Assembly (NCBI RefSeq): GCF_964188315.1
Contig: NC_135673.1
Location: forward strand, 29,636,001 to 29,700,000
Source: Podarcis muralis
Taxonomy: Eukaryota
DNA: 64,000 bases
Direction: 5' to 3'
Shown here: piece after piece, positions 10,939-24,170 of the stretch
Layout: each line of letters starts with the position of its first letter
Position numbering within the stretch: the first letter of the stretch is position 1
Notes under the pieces: generated by a model
Told to the model about the DNA's origin: nothing
Seen by the model: only the letters and a program-made list of their open reading frames with translations
Database searches by the model: none
Position numbers and translations under genes: made by a program

Positions 10939-11407
10939 TGGATGAGCCCCTAGTCTCAGTGCTACCCTTGTTAAACTCAGCAGAGCAGAGGAGGATGGAG
11001 ACAACACTAGAGTTAGTTCTGGCTCCACATATCATAGGCTCTGGCTCCACCAACTCTTGGCCTCCCCACTTTCTGCCCCACCAGTCCCAATGGGGACCAA
11101 CCATCACTGCTTGCTTAAACAGGTTGAAGTGTAGGTGGGTTCCCACGAAGTGAGACACAGTGATAACAGCAAGAACCTTTACTGAACTAACAGAACTGGA
11201 CAACAGGGGCAAAGCAACTGCTTATATACATTTCTGAAAGCCTGGGCCACTCCCACTCTCAGCAAGATTGGCTGTCTAAACTCCCAATGGCAGTAGCCCA
11301 AATCCTGAAATGGTCTGTGGTGATTGGATATCATTGGATATCGAATCAGATCACAGGGGCTCAGAATCCTAAGACTCAAGCTCAGGCAGAGTCACCTAGC
11401 ACTACAC

Positions 11408-11543
11408 CAGGCTTCCTCAACCTCGGCCCTCCAGATGTTTTTGGCCTACAACTCCTACGATCCCTAGCTAGCAGGACCAGTGGTCAGGGATGATGGGAAT
11501 TGTAGTCTCAAAACATATTGAGGGCCGAGGTTGAGGAAGCCTG
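11408..11543. mobile_element. hAT (Charlie-like) MITE, 136 bp
   Basis: TIR caggcttcctcaacctcggccct / agggccgaggttgaggaagcctg; TSD cactacac on both sides. Confidence 0.93.
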
Positions 11544-12237
11544 CACTACACATTTATTCCATGGGTGTCTCTCTGCAGCAGATTTGCTTTTCTGCCTAGG
11601 GCAGAAAAGGTTGAAGTGGGTGGAGGTGTTGATGTGAGGCTGTCCCTGCCTCAGAGCAAAGAGACTGAGCTTTTGGTTTCAGTATGTAATGCACACTCTT
11701 GCCTTAAACTGAGAAGTATAATGGATTCACACCATGCTTGAATATGCAGAAGCTGGGGTGGGGGGGTGGGAGAGAGAAGAGATGGTTGTTCTTGGTAACG
11801 AATAGTGTGCTTTGATGGCAAAGCAGTTAATAGCAACAGTTGGTGAAGCATAGCATAATGCGCACTAAGGTTAGTAGGCAAACTCAAGCAGCAGCCAGGA
11901 AAGAAGAGCTTGGGGTGAGGTTTCAGGCCAACAAGGGAGGCTAGTGACATATAGAGGGCAGAGGATGGGGACTCAAGAGTCTGGAAAATAAGGCTGGAAC
12001 AGCAGTACTATTTGGAGCGGAAAAGGTCACGAGCACAGGTTGAGCTGGTGCTCACACAAGAAGCTAAGGGGGACTTGGAAGCATCTGTAATCAAAAGAGT
12101 CCTAAAAGAACCACAGGGAGCTGGCAATGGCCTCATGCCAGGGCAAACAGCCTTCTGCTGCCAGACTATCTCCTGATAACCAGTGCAGTATCATAACTAT
12201 ATCAGATGCAGACATAATGTATACCCTGCTCCAAGGG

Positions 12238-12885
12238 CCACAAACTTGACATGAGCCAACAGTGTGACGCGGCAGCTAAATAAGCCAATGCAATTCTGGG
12301 CTGCATCAATAGGAGTATAGCATCTAGATCAAGGGAAGTAATAGTGCCACTGTATTCTGCTCTGGTCAGACCTCACCTGGAGTACTGTGTCCAGTTCTGG
12401 GCACCACAGTTCAAGAAGGATGCTGACAAACTGGAACGTGTCCAGAGGAGAGCAACCAAAATGGTCAAAGGCCTGGAAACGATGCCTTATGAGGAACGGC
12501 TAAGGGAGCTGGGCATGTTTAGCCTGGAGAAGAGGAGGTTAAGGGGTGATATGATAGCAATGTTCAAATATATAAAAGGATGTCATATAGAGGAGGGAGA
12601 AAGGTTGTTTTCTGCTGCTCCAGAGAAGCGGACACGGAGCAATGGATCCAAACTACAAGAAAGAAGATTCCACCTAAACATTAGGAAGAACTTCCTGACA
12701 GTAAGAGCTGTTCGACAGTGGAATTTGCTGCCAAGGAGTGTGGTGGAGTCTCCTTCTTTGGAGGTCTTTAAGCAGAGGCTTGACAACCATATGTCAGGAG
12801 TGCTCTGATGGTGTTTTCTGCTTGGCAGGGGGTTGGACTCGATGGCCCTTGTGGTCTATTCCAACTCTATGATTCTATGATTCTA
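12238..12885 (+). mobile_element. CR1 LINE 3' fragment (young)
   Basis: Uninterrupted ORF2 C-terminus 12344..12808 ([20 protein letters not shown]...); (ATTCTATG)n tail. Confidence 0.95.
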
Positions 12886-13053
12886 AGGGCAGGCCATTTC
12901 TGGTGAATCATCATGTATCTGCTGGTTGCTGGGATTTTTAACAAAGAATGTTCAGTCAGTGCAAGATGGACTTGCCCTGCAAGGTACCAAGCAAAAGTTT
13001 GCACTTAAAGCAGTAAAGACGGTGTAGTTATGCCTTGCAATATATAAAATGTG

Positions 13054-13692
13054 CATAGAATCACAGAATCATAAAATTGTAGAGATTGAAGGGACCGTGT
13101 GGCTCATCTAGTCCAACCCTGCTATGAATGCAGGAATCTCAACAAAAGCACCTGTAACAGATGGCCACCCAATCTCTGCTTTAATCCAAGGAAGGAGAGT
13201 CTACCACCTTCTGAGGGAGTCCATTCCACAGTCAAACAGCTCTTGCTGCCAGAAAGCTCTTCCTGATGTTTAGTCAGAATCTCCTTCCTTGAAACTTGAA
13301 TCCATTGGTTCAGGTCCTACCCGCCAGAGCAAGAGAAAACAAGCTTACCCCATCTTCCATGTCACAGTTCTTTAGATATTTGAATATGGCTATCCTATCT
13401 CCTCTCAATCTCTTCTTTCCCAGGCTAAACAAACCCAGCTCCTTCAACCGCTCCTCATCAGGCTTGGTTTCCAGACCGTTGAACATCTTGGTCTGCCATC
13501 TCTGCACATGTTCCAACCTGACATTATCCTTCTTAAATTGTGGCACCTAGAAATGGTCACAGTACTCCAGGTGTGGTCTGACCAAGGCAGAACAGAAAGA
13601 CTTCCCTTCATGACATCTGTTGATGCAGCTTAGAATTGCATTAGCGTATATATCTTTTGCTGCTACGTCACATTGTTAATTTATGTTAAGCT
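13054..13692 (-). mobile_element. CR1 LINE 3' fragment (older subfamily)
   Basis: catagaatcacagaatc tail on the minus strand; ORF 13310..13546 ([20 protein letters not shown]...). Confidence 0.9.
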
Positions 13693-14866
13693 AGCTTGCT
13701 TTTAAAATGCATATGCATCAGGAAACCATGGGATCTCTATTTTTTTAAAAAAATAAAGTAAATAAATAAATAAATAGACCATGCAAGACTGAAATTAGCC
13801 CAAGCCTGAGCTGGTGTGTTAGATTTGTATGTGTGAAACCTCTGTTCAAATCCTATTGAAGATCACTGGATCAACTTTGACTTCTCTATCTCTCTCTCTC
13901 TCCCTCTCCCTAACCTACCTTGCAGCATGATTCTACATACGGTAAATAAATAGGAAGCAGCTTTAGTAACCGCTAGGGGAAGGTCAACCCTTTCCTCAGA
14001 AACACGTATTGTTTCCACAGTTCTGTCCTATAATCTTTGCCCATTGACTTCCAAGGGATTTTTTTTTAATTGTCCCAGAATACTTAACACAACCTACCTT
14101 ACAGGGTTGTTTGTGTGTGCAGGAGAAGGGGACGAGATACTCCCAAATGCAGAACACTGGGGCCCATGATCCATGAAGGAACAATATTACAGATTGATCA
14201 AATGGGGTGGAACAAATTAAGGTCACAGAGATATGTAGGTTGTGGAAAGAGGGAGATGATGACTTGCTGAATCAAACTTGGCAGAATTAGAACAACGGGG
14301 AGAGGGAAGTGTGCAGAGGAAGGAAGATTCAATTCAATAAGAAATATTTGGCAGAATTATCCCAACATGTTTATAGTACAGATGGGAATGTGCGTATGAT
14401 TCACTCACTGAGCAGAGCTCTTGCTCCTTTTTAGAACAACAACCCCCAAAAAAGTCCATTGTCAATTCTGCACGGTGGAAAGGACTTCAAAGGCAGCTTT
14501 TGAATATAGCAGTTGCCTAATATATGCTTAAATGATTATATTACAATCATAGGCCATCTTTGCTCTGAAAGCCCTACAACTTAATGCCCCAAATGAGCAG
14601 GAAGTCATCTTAAAATAGGGAATACACAGATGGGTGGCTTTGGGTAAATCACTATTTTTCAGCCTAGCCTGCTACACAGGTTTATTATCCCAGTAGGTAC
14701 ACTAGCCTGAGCTCCCTGGGGGAATACTAAGTGATCAAATTTTAGTTACTAAATCACATTTTAGTTACTGTTTGAAAAATGCATATCTATAATTATAATG
14801 GGGGATAAATGCACTTAAGTTCACATTTAAAAGTGAGCTTACTTAATCACACTTTTTGAAACAATT

Positions 14867-15450
14867 TGTTGTTGTTGTTGTTTAGTCATTTAGTCGTGTC
14901 CGACTCTTCGTGACCCCATGGACCAGAGCATGCCAGGCACTTCTGTCTTCCACTGCCTCCCGCAGTTTGGTCAAACTCATGCTGGTAGCTTCGAGAACAC
15001 TGCCCACCCATCTCATCCTCTGTCATCTCCTTCTCCTTGTGCCCTCCATCTTTCCCAACATCAGGGTCTTTTCCAGGGAGTCTTCTCTTCTCATGAGGTG
15101 GCCAAAGTGTTGGAGCCTCAGTTTCAGGATCTGTCCTTCTAGTGAGCACTCAGCGCTGATTTCCTTAAGAATGGATAGGTTTGATCTTCTGGCAGTCCAT
15201 GGGACTCTCAAGAGTCTCCTCCAGCACCATAATTCAAAAGCATCAATTCTTTGGCAATCAGCCTTCTTTATGGTCCAGCTCTCACTTCCATACATCACTA
15301 CTGGGAAAACCATGGCTTTAACTATACGGACCTTTGTTGGCAAGGTGATGTCTCTGCTTTTTAAGATGCTGTCTAGGTTTGTCATTGCTTTTCTCCCAAG
15401 AAGCAGGCATCTTTTAATTTCATTGCTGCTGTCACCATCTGCAGTGATCA
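14867..15450 (-). mobile_element. BovB (RTE) LINE 3' fragment
   Basis: ORF 15023..15457 (ITADGDSSNEIKRCLLLGRKAMTNLDSILKSRDITLPTKVRIVKAMVFPVVMYG); (CAA)n-like tail. Confidence 0.95.
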
Positions 15451-16285
15451 CATACATACATACATATTACAGTAAAATGGCCTTATAACTGCATATGTTA
15501 TTGAACCTACAATTTAAAAATGCATTATTTTAGGGGAAACCGCTTTGCAAAAGTGTGCATATTTGGCAAAATTCCATAGCAAAGTGTATACATTGGGAAA
15601 TTTGTACACTAAATTGCTGATTAATTTTTATGAGAACTTAAAAAAAGAAAGATTCAAACTCATATGGAAATGATGAGAACTAAAGAGTGGAAGAATGAGA
15701 AACTGAGAGAAACCAAAACTGAGAGATTCACTCATCTCTATCCCTCATACGGTCTACTATCCTAACATTTCACTTGGAACTAATTGCTATATATAAGTAA
15801 TTGTCACGAACATTCCAACAATCTAATCAACACTAACAATGAAAACAGAGGAACCGTGAGTTAGAAAAATGACCTGGAAGTAGTTGTACCATAATTCATT
15901 ACACAGTTTCTCAGAGCTTGTTTCTTCTTATTGTTATCATAAGCCAGAAAATCTCAAGAGATTGCAGGAGGTGTGCCCTCTACAGGAAGATCATACCACA
16001 AATGAGGAGCCACTGCAGATAAGACAGTGTCATACATAATCACCAAACTCAGTTCAGACAGAGGCACAGTAAACTATGTTTGCTATTGAGCACTTCCAGG
16101 CTGTCACTGTTTAATCACACACCAACAAATTCAGCTTGTGCAATTGAGTTGAATTTGGCCCTCTTGTGCATCAAAAACTCTTCTGAAAACCATCAGACTT
16201 TTGGCAGTAAAAAAAAAAAAAAAAATTGATGGGAGCATGTACAGGAAAGTGTGAGATAACAATTGCTTGAGGTGACATTGTATAA

Positions 16286-16402
16286 CAGGCACCCCCAAAC
16301 TCGGCCCTCCAGATGTTTTGGGACTACAATTTCCATCATCCCTGACCACTGGTCCTGTTCGCCGACCTTCAGATTGGCACGTCCTGTACCACCCACGTCC
16401 CA
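16286..16402. mobile_element. Chimeric relic: left half of a hAT MITE joined to a Sauria SINE 5' head (minus strand)
   Basis: caggcacccccaaactcggccctccagatg...ggtcctgtt is followed directly by cgccgaccttcagattggca...cacccacgtccc. Confidence 0.6.
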
Positions 16403-17409
16403 TAGTATAGTATAGTATATATTTTGTTGCAGGGCAATTTCCCCTGCTACAGTGAGTGCACTTTCATAGAACTATTTTCTGTTACATATGTTATTTATTT
16501 AACTTATATGCCACCCTTCATCGGAGGATCACAGGGCAGTATACAGTATAACAACAAATAACATAATAAAAAACAATCACCAGTAACAACAAGGTTTTAG
16601 GTTGTTTAATTAGCCAAAGGCCTGGGGAGAAGAGGAATGTTTGAGATCGGCTGATGAGGCATTGTTGGAAGCATCATTCTTTGTGTGTGGCGACAGAGGG
16701 CCACAACACAGTAGCACAGCATATGCCTTTACAAATCCTGGGGTGGGTCATATAGGGCAAGATGTCTCTGAGATGGTCAATACCCAGGCTATTGATTTAT
16801 TTAACTTGTTCATTACATTTATATCCCACCTTTCCCCCAAGAAGCTAAAGATGGTGTTCCCTCCAAGTGCCCCAGTTTTCCAAGGACAGTCCTGGAATCA
16901 CGAATGCCATCCCAGCTTCTGATTTGGTCCTGGAATGTCCCAGTTTCCCCCACCTGCACCGCTGCTGAGCTCAGGGAGGAGGATGATTTGTCCCAAGGGA
17001 TGCTTGTCCCAAGCAATGATAACGGTGGCGGTGTGCATCCCTTTGCCTCTTCGTGGCTTCTCCATGGCCACTGCTGCAGGCCTCCTCCTCTGCTGGGCTG
17101 CTCGTAGCAGCTGTTGGGAAAGTGGGTGAGGAGGAGGGGCTGCCACCACCAAGGCCCTGCACCATGTGATGTGTTGGCTCTGAAGGGAAGGCAGGACTAC
17201 CCTGGGTGGGAATCAAAGCAGGAGCCCAAGGTGTCTTTTTTCTTTTAATGCCTTGTACCTCCATGTCTATCCTTTCCCATTTCTAAAATTTATTTATTTA
17301 AATCTACCAAGCAATAAGATAAAATAAAATTGGGTTAAGGGTTTTTCTCAGGGTGGTGGAGGGTATGTCTGCTGTGTCCCATTGGTGTCGCTTGTGTTTC
17401 TTCCATCTG

Positions 17410-17760
17410 TAAAGGTAAAGGTAAAGGGACCCCTGACCATTAGGTCCAGTCGTGACCGACTCTGGGGTTGCGGCACTCATCTTGCTTTACTGGCTGAGGG
17501 AGCTGGTATACAGCTTCTGGGTCATGTGGCCAGCATGACTAAGCTGCTTCTGGCGAACCAAAGCAGCGCACGGAAACGCCGTTTACCTTCCTGCCACAGT
17601 GGTACCTGTTTATCTACTTGCACTTTGATGTGCTTTTGAACTGCTAGGTTGGCAGGAGCAGGGACTGAGCAACGGGAGCTCACCCCATCACAGGGATTCG
17701 AACCACTGACCTTCTGATCAGCAAGCCCTAGGCTCTGTGGTTTAACCCACAGCACCACCT
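17410..17760 (-). mobile_element. Sauria SINE
   Basis: Same sequence as 6113-6437, with an (ACCTTT)n tail. Confidence 0.92.
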
Positions 17761-18503
17761 GAATCTTCAATACTGGGTTAGTGCCAGCTAGTCTCCTCCT
17801 GGTTTTATTCTCCTCTTTGTTTTTTGTTTCTTTAATTTTGACTCCCACACTTTCCATTCAAGCAGCTCAAGGTGGCAATATATCCTCCTCCTTTGCATTT
17901 TCCTCAAACAACCCAGTGTTAAGGTATCTTGCAGAGCAAACAACTAATCCAAAACTAGGGTGAAATCTGACCACCGCTGCACAGTAAAATGGGACATTTT
18001 CAACAAAGCATTTCAGTTCAGCTGATTCTTTACACAACTTCACCACCGGGTGTCAGTACAGTAGCGCATATTACACAGAGAATGAATCCACAGTTTGTGT
18101 CCCCTTCAAGTCAAGAGCTGTTGGAACATATTAAGCTACAATTCCTTCCTTAGCCCCATTTGTTTCCCCAATAATTGTCACCTCAGTGGCAGAGCAGCGT
18201 CTGTTTTGCACCCAGGTCCAACCCCCAGCGTTTCCAGATAGGAGTGAGAGAGACCTCCAGGTCAATGTTCTGGATAAGAACCTGTAAAGCAGCGACAGCT
18301 AACATAGTGACCTCCAAATGCAGCCAGAACCCCTCATCATCCCTGACTATTGGCCATGGTAGCCAGAGCTGATGAAGCTGACCAACATCTAGAGAACATT
18401 GCACTGGCTATCTCTGCCGTAAAGGCAGGCAGAATTGGACAAATCTCAATTTCATTCCTGGACAAACAAAACCAGAGCGAACAGATTTGTTTGCTGCACT
18501 AAA

Positions 18504-18504
<1 letters not shown>

Positions 18505-18563
<59 letters not shown>
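18505..18563. repeat. (TTA)n microsatellite
   Basis: Direct reading; abuts the SINE tail. Confidence 0.95.
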
Positions 18564-18565
<2 letters not shown>

Positions 18566-18808
18566 AGGTAAAGGTAAAGGGACCCCTGACCATTAGGTCC
18601 AGTTGTGGTCGACTCTGGGGTTGCAGCTCATCTCACTTTCTTGGCCAAGGGAGCCAGCGTACAGCTTCCGGGTCATGTGGCCAGCATGACTAAGCCACTT
18701 CTGGCGAATCAGAGCAGCGCACGGAAACGCCATTTACCTTCCCGCCAGAGCGGTACCTATTTATCTACTTGCACTTTGACGTGCTTTCGAACTGCTAGGT
18801 TGGCAGGA
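18564..18808 (-). mobile_element. 5'-truncated Sauria SINE
   Basis: 3' two-thirds of the Sauria SINE; flanked by TTA repeats on both sides. Confidence 0.9.
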
Positions 18809-19916
18809 GATTATTATTAGGGTTTGAGAAAACAATTTTCACAAAGAAATGTTGCATCTCACATTCATAGCAGAGATAGCCTGCAAAATGCACACAGAGA
18901 ATTTGTGTAACAGATGCTGCAGAGTTGGGATACTGTGCCCTTGTGCTCCTTCATGGTCGCTCATGTTTCACACCTGCCCCAAATTTCCCCCACGTTCTTC
19001 CATCACACTCAGCCCATCAACCCCCCCAGAATTCAAAGTTCTGCAGAGAATGACACATAACTGCAAAAAAAAAAAAAAAAGGGGGGGGGATTGTAAGTAA
19101 ACCAAGCAAAGGAAAGTGTACCTGCATCATAGGCTCAGCTGCTCAGCTTCAGGGATTCACATGGCCCCTCCAGGCACCCTATTTTCTGTGCTCTCACTCA
19201 CGATGATTTGCACTCATGATGGTATTGGGGTAGCTATATGCAACCCATCGGTTTGCACCTGCTAAAGTTATGGGGCAGGCTTACAGCTTTGTTTCGAAGC
19301 AGTGCCTGCCTCATAACTACTTGCTGAAATCCTGATGGCTTTTATACCGCAAACGTTCTGATTTAATTTTGTGTCCTGCTTTTGTTGTGGTATGGTGCAA
19401 GAGTGCCCCTCCATATGGCAATAATGCAACAACACTGGGGAAGCATCTCAAAACTAACAAAGCTGAATGATGTGTGGACGGCCAATATAAATCCACCACT
19501 AATTCCACTGCCATTATTGCATCAATAACATGTTGCAGAAAACCCCAGTCTGGAGAGGCTCACAGGGCTTGGAAGACCAAATATGATGGCAGGAATTCTA
19601 CTTGAATAAGCCAGCTTGGCACCATATAGACATCATGCTGTTTCTGTTCCTAACATAACTATTTGTGGGGACTGCATTGTGAGAATGGATTGATTTATTA
19701 AATTTACATGCCCGCCTATCAATAACTACAACCACCAACATCAAAAGGAAAGTAGATGAACAACAGCCAGACCACATCTTTTCATTACAAGAAAGACAGC
19801 ATCAAACAGCCTGGGTTTGATCTTTTGTAAGCCACTCTTGAGAGCCTCAAGGGCTGTAAAGTGGGATATAAGTATTCTAGGGTTGCATATACATTATACA
19901 TTTAGAATACATTTAA

Positions 19917-20422
19917 TAATTGTACTGCTCTATTCTGCCTTGGTCAGACTACACCTGGAGTACCACATCCAGTTCTGGGAGCCACGTTTTAAGAAGGATA
20001 TTGACAAGCTGGAATGTGTTCAGAGGAGAGCGACCAAAATGATCAAGGGTCTGGAAACCAAACTTTAGTAAGAGTGCTTGAAGGAGCTGGGTATGTTTAG
20101 CCTGGTAAAGAGGAGTCTGAGATAGCCATCTTCAAATATCTAAAGGGCTTCCACATGGAAGATGGAACAAGCCTGTTTTCTGCTGCTTCAGAGGGCAGGA
20201 CCTGAACCAATGAAATCATGTTATAAGAAAGGAGATTCCGATTAAACATCAGGAAGAACTTTCTGACAGTAAGAGCTGTTTGACAGTGGAATAGACTCTC
20301 CTTCCTTGGAGGTTCCTAAGCAGAAGTTGTCCTGGATGCTTTCGTTGAGATCTCTGTATTGCAACTGGCTGGACTGGATGGCCCTTGGGGTCCCTTCCAA
20401 CTCTACTCTTTTATGATTCTGT
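19917..20422 (+). mobile_element. CR1 LINE 3' fragment
   Basis: [46 protein letters not shown]; CR1-type 3' end. Confidence 0.88.
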
Positions 20423-20664
20423 GAAATCCTGGAAAGAGCTGTAGCACTGTGAGAGGTAGGCTACAGTTCCAAGGATTATTGAGGGAAAGTGATGTGGTTT
20501 AAATGGATGGGCCTTAACAGTGTATGCAGCGTAAACAAACAAATATTAACTTATCTGAACATGCAATTTTACTTATTTGATGTTGAATTCAAGGTGATTC
20601 TTTAAAAAAAAAAGTTATTTTTAAAACCTTCATCCTTAATGCACAGCAGAGCACGTTTAAAATA

Positions 20665-20906
20665 CACTGGTACCTCGGGTTACATATGCTTCAGGTTACA
20701 TACGCTTCAGGTTACAGACTCCGCTAACCCAGAAATAGTGCTTCAGGTTAAGAACTTTGCTTCAGGATGAGAACAGAAATCGTGCTCCGGCAGCATGGCA
20801 GCAGCGGGAGGCCCCATTAACTAAAGTGGTGCTTCAGGTTAAGAACAGTTTCAGGTTAAGTACGGACCTCCGGAACAAATTAAGTACTTAACCCGAGGTA
20901 CCACTG
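20665..20906 (+). mobile_element. Tc1/mariner-pogo-type MITE, family A
   Basis: ta|cactggtacctcgggtta...ccgaggtaccactg|ta. Confidence 0.92.
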
Positions 20907-21447
20907 TACATAGAGGTATTCAACAATGCAGCTCCATCAGTGCAAGAAATTACAGTATGTTTCTGCAATTGGACTTACCTTCTCCTCTCCTCACCCACTG
21001 TTTGCCATGCACCCTCCCAAAATCTGCTCTGAGGGTTGTGTGGGAAACCCAGAGTTAGGGAACATGCAAGGAGGGAAGATGGAATGGAAGTCCCATTGCA
21101 CATCCAGAAGTCCTTGAGGTGATGAAACTACTTTGCTGGATACCACCCTCAGTCTTTTATCTCCAGGTTTAATTATAACATTCATGGACAAACTGCCCTT
21201 GGAAGGTGTAGAGATTACATTATGTATGGCTCTGTTCAGCATGGGTTAAAAGGGGCGACCCGTCCACATTAAATCGCCTAAGTGATGCACCCAGGATTAA
21301 CAGGATACCTCTCCAAGTATTAACAGACCACCCCATTTACTGCTGGATGGATGCTGCATAAATCCCACAGCAGGAGAGACTGGGAACTCAGCTAGACTGG
21401 TAAGAAAAAGAGATTTATATGTGTTGTATATGTGGTATAACATTCTG

Positions 21448-21460
21448 CCACCAGATGGCG
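21448..21460 (+). promoter_or_regulatory. Candidate CTCF-binding motif
   Basis: CCACCAGATGGCG closely matches the CTCF core consensus CCACCAG(A/G)(T/G)GGCG. Sequence match only. Confidence 0.35.
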
Positions 21461-21493
21461 ACGTGGAATCCCGTTTTTCTCTACCTGTTTTCC

Positions 21494-22198
21494 CTGTAAG
21501 ATTGCCGGAATAAGTATCAACAACCTCAGATATGCAGATGACACAACCTTGATGGCAGAAAGTGAGGAGGAATTAAAGAATCTTTTAATGAGGGTGAAAG
21601 AGAAGAGTGCAAAATATGGTCTGAAGCTCAACATCAAAAAGCCAAGATCATGGCCACTGGTCCCATCACCTCCTGTCAAATAGAAGGGGAAGAGATGGAG
21701 GCAGTGAGAGATTTTACTTTCTTGGGTTCCATGATCACTGCAGATGGTGACAACAGTCACGAAATTAAAAGATGCCTGCTTCTTGGGAGAAAAGCAATGA
21801 CAAACCTAGACAGCATCTTAAAAAGCAGAGACATCACCATGCCAACAAAGGTCTGTATAGTTAAAACTATGGTTTTCCCCGTAGTAATGTATGGAAATGA
21901 GAGCTGGACCATAAAGAAGGCTGATCGCCAAAGAATTGATGCTTTTGAATTATGGCAATGGAGGAGACTCTTGAGAATCCCATTGACTGCAAGAAGATCA
22001 AACCTATCCATTCTGAAGGAAATCAGAAGGAAATCAGAAGGGGACAACAGAGGACAAGATGGTTGGACAGTGTTCTCGAAGCTACCAGCATGAGTCTGAC
22101 CAAACTGCGGGAGGCAGTGGAAGACAGGAGTGCCTGGCGTGCTCTGGTCCATGGGGTCACAAAGAGTTGGACACGACTAAACAACTAAACAACAAAAA
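21494..22198 (+). mobile_element. BovB (RTE) LINE 3' fragment with internal deletion
   Basis: aacctcagatatgcagatgacacaacc (NLRYADDTT RT motif), ORF 21650..22093, BovB 3' end acgactaaacaac. Confidence 0.95.
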
Positions 22199-23619
22199 CT
22201 GAAATGCTTATTTGATGCATCTAGGTCCAGCCAAGCAGTGGTTCACTGTTCACCTAGCATTGTCCTATACCTGCCCCCCATCCCTCCACCCTCCTCATTT
22301 CCAATGTCCCCATGGACCTGAAAGATGCTGCCATGGCTCGATTCCCTACCCCACCCCCTGTCTCTTATAGAAAACATCTGGTTTGCTCCCTCCAGACAAA
22401 GCTGCTCATTTCAGTTTTTGTATTCATGTGCTTTTGCGGGTTGCTAATAGCTCCATCAATATTGCAAACCTCACACTTCATTAATGATTTCAATCCAGCC
22501 TTTTCTGATTCGCCCCACTGTTGATGCTGCTAATTAACAGCTTGTAGAGGGGGAGAGTGGCAGGGGATGCTACAAAGGAAGCAGCCCCATGCAGGACTTT
22601 CATCTTCATCTGGCATAAACAGCAATGCCTGGCAGAGACCCAGAGATGGCTAAAAGGAACATTCTTCCTTGTTCTGGTGAGACAATGAGGGGAAAGAGTT
22701 TTCAAAGGGAAGCAGAACCTTATTCATGTTTTAAGTCAAAGCAGAAATAAAGATAAAACAGTGATTGGCTGTAGCCTATTTTGGTCTGTGCACTCGAAAC
22801 CATAACACGCATAGCCTGTACCCTGCCAAGCTAGTCATAACCCACCAGTTACATTGGGCCAGCACAAGATTGCAAGGCTGCCTGGCTTTGCTGCCAGTCT
22901 GGGACTGCAAAAATGGGAGGGTGTGTTCCTACAACTGTCCTTATTTAGCTAGTCATCCTTCTGCAGGATTCAGCCCCCTTCCCTTCCCCAAATCTCTAGA
23001 AGTGAATTATCCAAGTGAGAGGTGCATGCATTTGCTTAGAATGGGTTTGTGTTTGCATTTATTTATTACACCCAAACCAGTAGTGGGCAGCAGTGCAAGG
23101 AACTTTACCTCCTCCCATCTTGACTAATGTGTCCTGATCCACAGGCCCAAAGGAGGACTTGTGGGAGTGGTTGGGTGCAGGGATACCAAAGAAGGATGTC
23201 AAAAACATCAGAGGGATCAGTTCAAGTGCTTTATTAAAGAAAGGTGTGGACTTACAGCAAAGCAGCCTGCCAGGTCTGCCTTATTTTACAAATGTGGGAT
23301 GGACACCGCAGCAAGGAGAGAGCTTGTCCACACCCAAGCAGATGTTTATACATTCATTATACACAAAGCATGATATATCACTTTGCCCGGGACTTCCCAT
23401 CATGACACTTGACTAGATGAAGGCATAGGTGGCACATACCCAAATCTTACAGATTGTACTCCCCCCATCCCAGTAAGCCACAGGAATGCAAGGAAATGCT
23501 GCCCTGCCAACCTCTACTGACCACACCCTTCCTCTCAAGAGGGGAGCTAAGGGAAATGTCCAGCCATGCAACTCAAAGTGCAGCAGAGAAGTCAGCATTG
23601 AATCACACAAGGACCAATA

Positions 23620-24170
23620 AAAGTAATGTCCATCTTATTATACTCCAAAGTATAATCAAATGGGTGTTGAGTAGCCTGGAAGCATATAAATGTAGATAAC
23701 CGTGATTTCCACAGGGAGGGAGTTCAATAACCAAGGCACCACCACCAAGAAGGACCTGTCTCATGTGCCCCCAGATTATGTTCACCAAGTGTACCACAAG
23801 CCAGATCTCATCTGCAGATCTCAAAACATGGGTTGGTTGGGACTGGATAATGTGCCCAATTTTTAAGTACTTGTTTCCTAAGCCATTTCTAGTTTTGTGT
23901 GCTATTTCTGACAACTTGGGCACTGGTAGCCAGTGCAACTCATTCAGGATAAGTGTATTTGATCCCATTGTATTACCCCACAACAGCATCGGGGCCGCGG
24001 CATTCTGCAGTAACTGGCAAACTGCAGTAACTGCAGTAACAGGCAAACCAGCCACAGCTGGACATAGGCACTCTTAGCCAGAGAGGCTACATAAGCCTCC
24101 TTAGACTCTAGGAGCATCCTCAGACTAACCACCTGTTATTTAAGGGGCAGTGGTGCCCCAACCAGAACAG
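23620..24170 (-). mobile_element. Old L2 LINE fragment
   Basis: ORF 23603..24055 contains QLLQNAAA...LNELHWLPV, the L2 RT C-terminal motif. Confidence 0.75.

Noticed and set aside
21233-21442. Solo LTR (TGTT...AACA ends)
   Set aside because: No matching target-site duplication and no second copy in the window.
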